Below, piece after piece: positions 29,956-38,454 of a DNA stretch of 64,000 nucleotides (positions are counted from its first letter, which is position 1; each line of letters begins with the position of its first letter). The stretch spans positions 87,275 to 151,274 of the forward strand of contig JBAXUE010000003.1 of assembly GCA_037129835.1 (NCBI GenBank). Direction: 5' to 3'. The position numbers were made by a program, and so were the translations under genes. A model generated the notes under the pieces. That model worked only from the letters and a program-made list of their open reading frames with translations, ran no database searches and had not been told where the DNA came from. The DNA is from a bacterium. GTDB taxonomy: Bacteria > Patescibacteriota > CPR2 > UBA1875 > CAIMLA01.

Positions 29956-29977
29956 GGCCGCGATCTGACCTGCCTCC

Positions 29978-30011
29978 GCCTTCTACCGCCTAATTCCAGG
30001 CGGTAGAAGGC
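29978..30011 (+). terminator. 14-bp hairpin after the 29644 ORF
   Basis: GCCTTCTACCGCCT-AATTCC-AGGCGGTAGAAGGC. Confidence 0.65.
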
Positions 30012-30076
30012 ATCTACATTGACTTTTCACGCGATATTTGATATAATTAATTTAATTTAAAAGCTCTCCAATAAAT

Positions 30077-30679
30077 ATGCAAGTGACGAAAAACCAAATT
30101 AACGATGCCAAAAGTCTAAACGAGTTAGAAAAACTTGTTGCTGTTTGTGAGCTATGTGAGTTATCAAAAACCAAAACAAACGATGTTTTTGGAGTTGGAA
30201 GGGATACAGCTGATATCTTATTTATTGGCGAAGCGCCTGGGAAAAGTGAGGATTTGCTGGGAGAACCTTTCGTAGGGGCTGCAGGTAAATTCTTAAATGA
30301 AATGCTTGAGAGTATTTGCCTCTCGAGAAAAGAAATATATATTGCAAACGTACTTAAACATCGTCCACCAAATAATAGGGACCCGCTACCCAAGGAAGCC
30401 GAGCTGTGCTGGCCCTTCTTGAGACGTCAAATAGAGCTTATTAACCCAAAGTTAATTATCTTTCTTGGGCGCCACTCGATGAATCGTTTTTTTCCAGAGT
30501 TTAAGATATCTGAAGTACATGGGAACGCATTTCGTAAAGAAATGTGGGGAAGAAATCAAGTCTTTTTGGCCTTATATCACCCTGCAGCAGCACTATATAA
30601 CGGTGGGATGCGCGATACCTTGAAAAATGATTTTTCAAAAATACCTAAAATAGTCGAAGGAATCGACGAAGAATATTAA
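30077..30679 (+). CDS. uracil-DNA glycosylase, family 4
   Basis: [27 protein letters not shown]. Confidence 0.92.
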   Translation: MQVTKNQINDAKSLNELEKLVAVCELCELSKTKTNDVFGVGRDTADILFIGEAPGKSEDLLGEPFVGAAGKFLNEMLESICLSRKEIYIANVLKHRPPNNRDPLPKEAELCWPFLRRQIELINPKLIIFLGRHSMNRFFPEFKISEVHGNAFRKEMWGRNQVFLALYHPAAALYNGGMRDTLKNDFSKIPKIVEGIDEEY

Positions 30680-30693
30680 TAAATAATTAAATT

Positions 30694-30737
30694 ATTATTC
30701 GACTGAAATAGAGAAGTTCTCGACTTCGCTCGAATAA
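30694..30737. repeat. palindromic repeat, TCGACTTCGCTCGAA family
   Basis: TTATTCGA...GAGAAG-TTCTCGACTTCGCTCGAATAA; related copies near 7974, 34737 and 35557. Confidence 0.65.
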
Positions 30738-30787
30738 GACTCCTCTGTGTTAATACCATAGAAGGAAAAGAAGGAAAACCATAAAAT

Positions 30788-32596
30788 ATGGAAAAAGTAC
30801 TCCGTAAACCCGAGAGAAAACCTCGGAAACAACCACAGAATCATCAGTCAAATCCGATGTTTCGAAAAAACAATATTAAAACAAATTCTGATGTAAACCA
30901 GAATGGCTCACAAACAAAAGATATGAAAAACGGTCTTCTCAAGATAACTCCACTCGGAGGTCTGGGTGAAGTAGGTAAAAACCTAACCGTTTATGAATAT
31001 GAAAATGATATCATCATTGTCGATATGGGATTCAAATTTCCTGACAATGAGATGTTGGGTATCGATTACATCATTCCGGACATTGCCTATCTTGAAGACA
31101 AGAAAGACAAAATACGAGGTATCGTAATTACTCATGGACACGAAGATCATATTGGCGCAATACCCTATATCTGGCCTAAGCTCGGGGTGCCAATCTACGG
31201 AACAAAGCTAACCATTGGAATGATTGAATCAAAGTTATCAGAATATAGCTTTGACTATTCATCGGCTCTTAAGGTTATAGATCCAGAAAAAGATATCCTA
31301 AAGCTTGGTGGTTTTGAAGTAGAAGCCTTTCGTGTTACACACTCAATACCTGATGCGGTTGGCTATTCGATTAAAACACCACTTGGAAGAGTGATATACA
31401 CCGGAGATTTTAAAATTGATCATTCACCGATGGACGGTCGAAAGATTGATTGGAATAAGCTTTCGCATTTTGCCCAAGAAGGGGTCTTATTGTTACTTTC
31501 TGATAGCACAAACGCAGAACAACCAGGATTCTCTATGAGTGAAAAATCGCTAGAACAGAGTTTTGAAGATCTTTTTGACAAAGCTACTGGTCGTATTATC
31601 GTCGCCTCATTTGCTTCTCAAATAAATAGAATTCAGATGATTATCGATTCGGCTCGTGACCACGGGCGCAAGCTTGCTTTTTCTGGTCGATCGCTTCTCA
31701 AAAACGTCGAAATAGCAGTTCGGCTTGGATATCTGAAGGTCCCCGCTGGTATGGTAGTAAGAATTCAGGAAATCGGTAAATTTCCCGATAATATGGTAAC
31801 TATCATGAGTACAGGTTCTCAGGGTGAAGCGATGTCTGCACTTGCACGTATGGCACGTGGTGAGCATAAAAACATCAAGATTAAAAAAGGTGATACTGTA
31901 ATCTTTTCTAGCTCCCCTATTCCTGGAAATGAAAATTCAGTTACGTCTGTAATGGATGATCTTTTCCGAGAAGGTGCGAATGTTGTTTTCGATGCAGAAA
32001 GAAGCCGTACACATGTTACTGGACATCCTTGTCGCGAAGAAATCAAAATGATGCTTGCATTTCTAATGCCAAAATATTTTTCACCTTGGCACGGAGAGCG
32101 GCATATGCTTGTTAGACATGCAGAAGTAGCTAAGGAAGTAGGCGTGCCAGAACAAAATATCTTTATTTTAGACAATGGTAACCAAATACTGATTGATGAA
32201 AACGGGGCTCGTATGGGCGAACAAAAAGTTCAGAACGGCATCGTTCTTATCGACGGACTTGGGATAGGTGATGTAGGAGAGATAGTTCTTCGTGAAAGAA
32301 AAGCCATGTCTACAGAAGGGATTTTTGTTGTTATCTGCACGCTTGATCGTAAGACGGGCAGAATAATGACTAGCCCAGACATCATTTCTAGAGGATTTAT
32401 CTATATGCGTGAAAATGAAAAATTAGTAAGTAGTGCCAGGACTGAGATTAAACGAATTGTCGAGTCTGTACCAAAAGAAGATAGTAGTCAAAATCACCAG
32501 GTTCTGAAGGTAAAACTTCGAGAATCAATTGGAGATTTACTATATAACGAAACACAGCGAAGGCCGCTGGTTCTACCAGTTGTAATAGACATTTAG
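30788..32596 (+). CDS. rnj: ribonuclease J
   Basis: PLGGLGEVGKN, ITHGHEDHIG, TGDFK, SDSTNA, HVTGH, HGE. Confidence 0.96.
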   Translation: MEKVLRKPERKPRKQPQNHQSNPMFRKNNIKTNSDVNQNGSQTKDMKNGLLKITPLGGLGEVGKNLTVYEYENDIIIVDMGFKFPDNEMLGIDYIIPDIAYLEDKKDKIRGIVITHGHEDHIGAIPYIWPKLGVPIYGTKLTIGMIESKLSEYSFDYSSALKVIDPEKDILKLGGFEVEAFRVTHSIPDAVGYSIKTPLGRVIYTGDFKIDHSPMDGRKIDWNKLSHFAQEGVLLLLSDSTNAEQPGFSMSEKSLEQSFEDLFDKATGRIIVASFASQINRIQMIIDSARDHGRKLAFSGRSLLKNVEIAVRLGYLKVPAGMVVRIQEIGKFPDNMVTIMSTGSQGEAMSALARMARGEHKNIKIKKGDTVIFSSSPIPGNENSVTSVMDDLFREGANVVFDAERSRTHVTGHPCREEIKMMLAFLMPKYFSPWHGERHMLVRHAEVAKEVGVPEQNIFILDNGNQILIDENGARMGEQKVQNGIVLIDGLGIGDVGEIVLRERKAMSTEGIFVVICTLDRKTGRIMTSPDIISRGFIYMRENEKLVSSARTEIKRIVESVPKEDSSQNHQVLKVKLRESIGDLLYNETQRRPLVLPVVIDI

Positions 32597-32598
32597 AG

Positions 32599-32626
32599 AA
32601 AAGAGCGGGAAACCGCTCTTTTTTTT
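32599..32626 (+). terminator. intrinsic terminator after rnj
   Basis: AAAAGAGCGG-GAAA-CCGCTCTTTTTTTT. Confidence 0.85.
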
Positions 32627-32627
32627 A

Positions 32628-32905
32628 TATTCTTTTTTTGGTTCTGTCAGCAAAGAAAGAAAAATGTCTTATCGTTTTGTCATTCCAAACTAGATTTGGG
32701 ATCCATGTCTAAAATATTTTAATACTTTTGTCTATCGTCACAAAAGTATCCAAAAAGACTCTTTTTCTCGCGATCAGAAAGCAGATCCGCGGTCTCAAGT
32801 GCTTATGTTTAGGTATAATTAAATTATTTTTTAACGCTCCCACGAACTCGGGTATCGTGTGTCGCCCAAAATCGGCTATAATTTTGGCAGAACCTCGCTT
32901 GTGAC
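32628..32905. repeat. cluster of palindromic repeat remnants
   Basis: TTCTTT..CAAAGAAAG, GTCATTCCAAACTAGATTTGGGATCC and ATACTTTTG...CAAAAGTAT inverted repeats. Confidence 0.55.
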
Positions 32906-32999
32906 AGCTAACTCTATTATTTGATAAGGGAATATTGAAATTTAAATATATTTTATATCTTATTGTCAGAAAGTCTGAACTTGTGAGATAATGACCCTG

Positions 33000-33426
33000 A
33001 CCGAACGGCCGTGAGACGACCTTGAGGAGGGGATTTCTACGACGCCTGGAAAAGGACGTTCTATGGGCCCAGGTGGAACCTGGGGCTGCTCCCGAAATTC
33101 GGGTGGACAAAGACGGGTGGACTGTCAAAGTCGCCGTCTGCCTCGGAGTAGTCTGGCTGGGTATAGTACCCACAAGCTTCAGGCTGGCACGTTGCCAACA
33201 GAAATCGTCAGGGAAAAGTACGATTTCTGAACCTGCTACCAAGAAAGAGGTGAATTGGGATGAAAGCCCAAACACACATAGGGCATCACTCCGATAAGCG
33301 AGGGCGAAAGCTCCTCTGACCTAGGAGGTGATAGGCTTCGGCCTATCTAGGCCTGCTAATAACAGGCTAGGAGACCTCGCTATGGCCTCTGATTCGGGCT
33401 AAACCCCGGCAAGTGAGTTACGGCTC
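33000..33426 (+). ncRNA. unidentified large structured RNA candidate (~430 nt)
   Basis: GC-rich island with a closing 5'/3' helix, nested long-range stems, more than 10 hairpins including cUUCGg and GNRA loops, an upstream promoter-like element and a downstream terminator. Confidence 0.75.
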
Positions 33427-33469
33427 AAACCCCCCGTCTGTTCCAGATATTTTGGGACACGGGGGGTTT
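33427..33469 (+). terminator. terminator closing the candidate ncRNA
   Basis: AAACCCCCCGT...ACGGGGGGTTT. Confidence 0.7.
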
Positions 33470-33496
33470 CCAGTATATAGATGATATAATATACAA

Positions 33497-34024
33497 ATGA
33501 TAAAAAAATCTAGTGAATTGATAGGTAAGCCAGTAATACTACAGCGTGAAAAAGCTGTAGTAGGCCTTGTTAAGTCATTTGTAATAGACCCAGAAACGGG
33601 TGAATTGGTAGGCTTACTAGTGTTAGAGGGTTTTGGTAGCAGAAATCTCAAAAGTTTAGCTATTAAAGATGTCACCACAATAACAAAAGAATATTTTCTG
33701 ATAGGTAGCTATGAAAATCTGGGAGAGCTTGACGAAATTGTAAGAATAAAAAAAGTTTTGGATAAAAAAATAGGAATAAATAAATGTAATGTATATACAG
33801 TTAGCGGCAAGTTCCTCGGCCGCGTTAAAGACTTTAGTATTAATCTCACTTTTATGCGATTAGAAAAAATTTTTGTAGATTCTCTTTGGATAATAAGCAC
33901 AGCGAGGCACTATATAATATCTTTTAATCAAATAATAAGTATTGAACCTGGAAAAATAATTGTTGAAGATGCTACAGTGAGCAAAAAGAAAAGTGTTTTA
34001 GAAGAAGTCGCAGAAGCTTCATAA
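33497..34024 (+). CDS. tandem PRC-barrel domain protein
   Basis: SELIGKPV...G.V..F.IDP.TG.L and V.T.SGK.LG.V.D repeats. Confidence 0.8.
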   Translation: MIKKSSELIGKPVILQREKAVVGLVKSFVIDPETGELVGLLVLEGFGSRNLKSLAIKDVTTITKEYFLIGSYENLGELDEIVRIKKVLDKKIGINKCNVYTVSGKFLGRVKDFSINLTFMRLEKIFVDSLWIISTARHYIISFNQIISIEPGKIIVEDATVSKKKSVLEEVAEAS

Positions 34025-34074
34025 CTTGACCAATTTACCTTAAATTGTTATAATGTTTTTATTGATAAATAAAT

Positions 34075-34153
34075 ACGGATTTACTCTCCATATCGCCTTA
34101 GTGAAAAATCTAGGGCTCGCGAAAAAGCGATCCGTGAGAAAGGAGTTTTTTTA
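34075..34153 (+). promoter_or_regulatory. probable S6:S18 autoregulatory leader
   Basis: Structured UTR (ACGGAT/ATCCGT, ACTCTCC anti-SD) with CCG just before the GGAG Shine-Dalgarno; upstream TTGACC-N17-TATAAT. Confidence 0.55.
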
Positions 34154-34723
34154 ATGCAAAAAAACTATGAATTACTCTACATCGTCCATCCGGACCTTGA
34201 GGGAAGTATTGATAAAGTGTCAGAAAAAGTTGCTAGCTTTGTAGCAAAAGCTGACGGAAAGATCACTAGCCAGGACGATTGGGGCAAGCGCAAGCTCGCA
34301 TACAAGATTGCCAAAAATGATTTCGGTATCTATTCTTTAGTATATTTTTCTGCAGAATCAGAAAAACTTTCTAATTTAGAGCGAGAGCTTATGCTTTCAG
34401 AAGAAATTATTCGTTCGATGGTCGTAGCGATACCTGTAATTAGTCCGGTAAAGGCCGCGAAAAAAGCTGCCAAAAAACCTAGAGTTAAGCCAGAAGACAG
34501 AGTAGATGCGCCTTCATCGATTATCGTAAACGCCGAAAAACCGAAGAAAGCTACTATCGAAAAAGCAGTGGAAAAAGAAGTCAAAGAGGTTAAGGGAACC
34601 ATTACTAAGGAAGATAAGCCAGCGAAAAAGGCCGCAGTAAAGAAAACTGCCAAAACCGAGGAAAAAGAAGAAAAAGCACGTCTTAAGAAGCTTGACGAAA
34701 AGCTAGATGAGCTGTTGAAATAA
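34154..34723 (+). CDS. rpsF: 30S ribosomal protein S6 with a long Lys/Glu/Ala tail
   Basis: YELLYIVHPDL, WGKRKLAYKI; rpsF-ssb-rpsR synteny. Confidence 0.95.
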   Translation: MQKNYELLYIVHPDLEGSIDKVSEKVASFVAKADGKITSQDDWGKRKLAYKIAKNDFGIYSLVYFSAESEKLSNLERELMLSEEIIRSMVVAIPVISPVKAAKKAAKKPRVKPEDRVDAPSSIIVNAEKPKKATIEKAVEKEVKEVKGTITKEDKPAKKAAVKKTAKTEEKEEKARLKKLDEKLDELLK

Positions 34724-34736
34724 ATTCAATATTATA

Positions 34737-34774
34737 CTTCGAGCGAACTCGAGAAGTCCTCAATTCTGTTCGAA
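34737..34774. repeat. palindromic repeat, TTCGAGCGAA family
   Basis: TTCGAGCGAACTCGAGAAG...TTCGAA; approximate reverse complement of the 30717-30737 arm. Confidence 0.6.
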
Positions 34775-34798
34775 AGATATATATCTAAGGAGTACAAC

Positions 34799-35257
34799 AT
34801 GAAAAGCGTAAATATGGTTATCTTAATGGGAAATATGACACGAGAAGCAGAGCTTCGCTACACCCCAAATGGTAAAGCAGTTGCCAGCTTTGGTCTCGCC
34901 GTAAACAGAAGTTATACAGATGCATCTGGCGAAAAACATGATGAAGTAGATTTTTTTGACATTGTAGCTTGGGGTAAACTCGCCGAAATTATTAGCCAAT
35001 ATGGTAGTAAAGGTCAGGGCGTCCACGTGATGGGAAGATTGCAAAATCGTAGCTGGGAAGGCACCGATGGCGCAAAGAGAAATAAAACTGAGGTTATCGC
35101 AAACGATATTTCCCTTATCGGTGGTAAGGGTACCGGTTCAGGTGCTAGCGCGGCCAAAGAAACAGGGGTATCTTCTGGTGTCGATAAACCAGCACCAGAG
35201 ATAGCCACACAAGAGGTCGAAGAAGATACGATAAACATCGACGACATCCCGTTTTAA
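34799..35257 (+). CDS. ssb: single-stranded DNA-binding protein
   Basis: N.V.L.GN.TR..ELRYT, C-terminal DDIPF. Confidence 0.97.
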   Translation: MKSVNMVILMGNMTREAELRYTPNGKAVASFGLAVNRSYTDASGEKHDEVDFFDIVAWGKLAEIISQYGSKGQGVHVMGRLQNRSWEGTDGAKRNKTEVIANDISLIGGKGTGSGASAAKETGVSSGVDKPAPEIATQEVEEDTINIDDIPF

Positions 35258-35306
35258 ACGGATATCAAATAGTTATTAACAAAGGTTAAATAAAAGGAAA
35301 TATATT

Positions 35307-35543
35307 ATGGCTTATCAAAAGCAAGAACCACAATTTTTCACAAAAAAAGTATGCCGCTTCTGTGAAGGTCAAGTAGACTTTATTGACTACAAAGACGTTA
35401 AATCTTTACAGAAATATACTTCTAGTATAGGTAAAATAGAAACCAAAAAAAGAACGGGATGTTGTCCTAAACATCAAAGAGCGTTATCTACAGCTATAAA
35501 AAGAGCTAGGATTATGGCTCTAATGCCGTTTTTAAATAGATAA
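35307..35543 (+). CDS. rpsR: 30S ribosomal protein S18 (Zn-binding type)
   Basis: [25 protein letters not shown]. Confidence 0.96.
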   Translation: MAYQKQEPQFFTKKVCRFCEGQVDFIDYKDVKSLQKYTSSIGKIETKKRTGCCPKHQRALSTAIKRARIMALMPFLNR

Positions 35544-35556
35544 CAAGCAAAATATT

Positions 35557-35610
35557 CTTCGAGATTTCTGAGAAGTTCTAGATATAGTCCTCGACTTTAC
35601 TCGAACAATA
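35557..35610. repeat. degenerate palindromic repeat, same family as 30694 and 34737
   Basis: CTTCGAG...GAGAAG...CCTCGACTTTACTCGAACAATA. Confidence 0.55.
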
Positions 35611-35623
35611 ATAGGAGAATGAT

Positions 35624-36184
35624 ATGTACGGAATAAATGACCTAAAAAATGGGGTAACCTTTGAGGTTGATTCACAACCCTTTGTGGTCCTTGATTATCA
35701 GCACTCGAAACAGGGACGTAGTGGTGCTGTGCTTCGAACAAAGCTCAGGAATCTATTGACTGGCGCTACTGTTAATAAAACTTTTTCAGGCAATGAGAAA
35801 TTTATGGAAGTACAGATAGAACGCAAAAAAGTACAATACCTGTATCTTGATAGTGGCAGATACTATTTTATGGACCAGAACGATTATACTCAGTTTGACC
35901 TTTCCGTGGAAGATCTTGGTATCAATGTTAACTATCTTAAAGATGGTGAAGTCGTTCAATTCCAATTCTACGGCGAGAAACCGATAAATCTTGACCTCCC
36001 AGTGAAGATGGATTTTGAAGTAACGGAAGCCAGTGAAGGACTAAAAGGAGACACTGCATCGGGTGCTACAAAAGCTGTCAAGATAGAGACCGGACTTTCG
36101 GTAAATGTACCTCTTTTTATTAAAAAGGGCGACAAAATTCGTATAAATACCACCGACGGTTCATATGTGGAGAGAGCAAAATAA
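35624..36184 (+). CDS. efp: elongation factor P
   Basis: KQGRSGA loop, KGDTA, ETG..V.VPLFI..GD.I.INT..G.Y.ERA. Confidence 0.96.
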   Translation: MYGINDLKNGVTFEVDSQPFVVLDYQHSKQGRSGAVLRTKLRNLLTGATVNKTFSGNEKFMEVQIERKKVQYLYLDSGRYYFMDQNDYTQFDLSVEDLGINVNYLKDGEVVQFQFYGEKPINLDLPVKMDFEVTEASEGLKGDTASGATKAVKIETGLSVNVPLFIKKGDKIRINTTDGSYVERAK

Positions 36185-36206
36185 GGGCATCTTTGCTCCT
36201 ATATTT

Positions 36207-36929
36207 ATGAAAAATAGATTAGACCAATTACTCGTAGATAATGGACTCGCGGAAAGTAAAACAAAGGCCCAGGCTCTTATAATGGCTGGGCAGGTCTACG
36301 TTGATGGTTTGCGTTCTGACAAATCGGGTAGGCCAACATCTAATGAGGCAAAAATATGTGTTAAGGAACTCTTCCCATATGTTTCTCGGGGAGCTCTTAA
36401 GCTGGAAAAAGCTTATCAGGAATTTAGTTTGGACTTTAACGACAAAATTGTTTGCGATATCGGTTCATCGACCGGCGGATTTACCGATTTTGCACTCCAA
36501 AATGGTGCAAAAAAAGTATATGCCATTGACGTTGGCACTGGACAACTCGCTCAAAAAATTCGCGAGAACGTAAAAGCCGTAGTAATGGAAAAAACTGATT
36601 TTCGGAACATAGAACCTCTCGGAGACAGAATTGATATATTTGTCTGTGATGTTTCTTTTATTTCACTAAAAAATATTATTCCTAAAATCAAACTATTAGC
36701 AAATGAAAACAGCCAAATTGTCTTATTAATAAAGCCTCAGTTTGAGGCTGGCATCAAGGAAGTAAGCAAGGGCAAGGGTATAATAAGGGACGAAAATTTA
36801 AGGTGTGAAATAGTTGAAGATATTAAGCTCTTTTCAGAGAGCAATGGATTTAGAGTTTCCGGTCTAGTAGAATCACCCATTACGGGCGCTAAAGGTAACG
36901 TCGAGTATCTGCTTCATCTTGTGGTATAA
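36207..36929 (+). CDS. tlyA: TlyA family rRNA methyltransferase; likely start ATG 36207
   Basis: S4 domain RLD.LLV..GLA, YVSRG.LKL, DIGSSTGGFTD, LIKPQFEAG. Confidence 0.93.
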   Translation: MKNRLDQLLVDNGLAESKTKAQALIMAGQVYVDGLRSDKSGRPTSNEAKICVKELFPYVSRGALKLEKAYQEFSLDFNDKIVCDIGSSTGGFTDFALQNGAKKVYAIDVGTGQLAQKIRENVKAVVMEKTDFRNIEPLGDRIDIFVCDVSFISLKNIIPKIKLLANENSQIVLLIKPQFEAGIKEVSKGKGIIRDENLRCEIVEDIKLFSESNGFRVSGLVESPITGAKGNVEYLLHLVV

Positions 36930-36936
36930 TCTCACC

Positions 36937-37635
36937 ATGCTTAAAGTAAAAAATCTTTCCATAACTTATAAAACCACTGGGCAAAAAGTTATTAATAGCC
37001 TCAATTTCAGTGTAGAAAAGGGTGAGGTGGTAGCAATCATGGGTCCTAGTGGCTGTGGTAAAACTACTTTATTGAAAGCTATAGCTGATCTTTTTGAAAG
37101 TAATGAAATATTTCAAAAAGGAGAGTTGGTTCTGAAAAAGGATGCGAACATACGAATCGTCTTTCAAGAGGCAAATCTTCTCCCATGGAGAAATGTTTTA
37201 AGAAATGTAACCTTTGGTCTAGAAACGCAAAATATTGAAGATGCTATTGCCATCCCTAGAGCCACTAACACACTAGGGTTAGTTGGGCTTTCTAAATATG
37301 AAAAATACTTTCCACATCAACTTTCTCTTGGGATGAAACAGCGGGTAAATTTTGCCAGAGCGATTACGTGTGAACCAGATATTTTACTTCTAGATGAACC
37401 CTTTTCAGCTCTTGATACGGTCATAAAAGAAGATATTATAAGAGAGTTTAAGAAAATAATTAAACAGAAACATATTACTACTATTTTTGTTACTCACAAT
37501 GAAGTTGAAGCAAAAATACTTTCCGATAAGATAATCACTCTTGGTGAAAACTTCACCGGAATCAGAGAAAATGACAACACGAAAGCAAGGACGATATTGG
37601 ACCCTTACGACAATTTATTGGAGCTAGAAGGATGA
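36937..37635 (+). CDS. ABC transporter ATPase (SsuB/TauB-like)
   Basis: GPSGCGKTT, VFQE..LLPW, LSLGMKQR, LLLDEPFSALD. Confidence 0.9.
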   Translation: MLKVKNLSITYKTTGQKVINSLNFSVEKGEVVAIMGPSGCGKTTLLKAIADLFESNEIFQKGELVLKKDANIRIVFQEANLLPWRNVLRNVTFGLETQNIEDAIAIPRATNTLGLVGLSKYEKYFPHQLSLGMKQRVNFARAITCEPDILLLDEPFSALDTVIKEDIIREFKKIIKQKHITTIFVTHNEVEAKILSDKIITLGENFTGIRENDNTKARTILDPYDNLLELEG

Positions 37636-38393
37636 AAGAGGTTGATAATAAAAAACGTTCATGGAATTATGGCTATTTCTCTGTAATTCTGTTCCTTCTT
37701 TTATGGGAATATGTAGCGTCCCAATCGATAATAGACCCGATATATATCGGTACACCTCATATTATTATGGTCAAGCTTTATCAGATGTTTTTGAAACCAG
37801 ATTTTTATGATAGCTTCAAGAATAGTGCCCAAGCATTTTTTATTGGGTATGTACTAGCCGTGGTGTTTGGTGCTGGCTTCGGGTTGCTACTCGGTACAAA
37901 GAAAAAACTATATCAGATAATGTCACCGTTCGTTTTTACAATTAACTCTCTACCATTTGTAGCTATTTTGCCACTTATTATAATTTGGTTTGGTGTTGGC
38001 TTGGTTGCTAAGAGCTTTGTTGTGTTTTTGATGGTAGTTTCGCCGGTGATAATTTATACCCTAGATAGTACAAAGACTCTCGATGAGGGGCTACTTCTTA
38101 TGTCAAAATCATTTAAAGCGAGTGAATGGATCAAGTTAAAGAGTATATATTTTTATCATAGCCTTCCTTACATATTTTCAGGAGCTAGAGTGGGTGTGGG
38201 GAGAGGGATTATTGCAATTGTAGTTTCGGAACTTTATGGTTTTGGTATGGGAATGGCCTACTACATTCAATATTACGGATCAACCTACCAAACGGATAAG
38301 TTGATGGCAAATATATTATTAATAGTTAGTTTTAATTTCGTGCTTATTTATCTTTTGAAAAAAATACAAAAAAAGGTTGTTTTTTGGAGATAA
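37632..38393 (+). CDS. ABC transporter permease (SsuC/TauC-like)
   Basis: LLWE, PL.IIWFG.G, LPYIFSGAR, V.SE; multiple TM segments. Confidence 0.9.
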   Translation: MKEVDNKKRSWNYGYFSVILFLLLWEYVASQSIIDPIYIGTPHIIMVKLYQMFLKPDFYDSFKNSAQAFFIGYVLAVVFGAGFGLLLGTKKKLYQIMSPFVFTINSLPFVAILPLIIIWFGVGLVAKSFVVFLMVVSPVIIYTLDSTKTLDEGLLLMSKSFKASEWIKLKSIYFYHSLPYIFSGARVGVGRGIIAIVVSELYGFGMGMAYYIQYYGSTYQTDKLMANILLIVSFNFVLIYLLKKIQKKVVFWR

Positions 38394-38454
38394 TTTGGTA
38401 GAATTTTAATCTGCAAGTGGTAATTGTTAAAATAATGGTGGGTGGGAGAAAAAC

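Noticed and set aside
33022-33297. 91-aa + strand ORF and overlapping 188-aa - strand ORF (32709-33275)
   Set aside because: Non-ATG starts and no protein motifs; better explained as chance open frames across a GC-rich structured element and repeats.
33000-33426. RNase P, tmRNA, SRP or group I/II intron identity for the structured element
   Set aside because: Only fragments resemble them (GCCAACAGAAA, TAGTC, minus-strand GAGCCGTA); the diagnostic cores were not found and no host gene is interrupted. A divergent member cannot be excluded without a covariance-model search.
34440-34723. Long Lys/Ala/Glu tails on S6 and S20 as a novelty
   Set aside because: Such low-complexity extensions are common on CPR ribosomal proteins.
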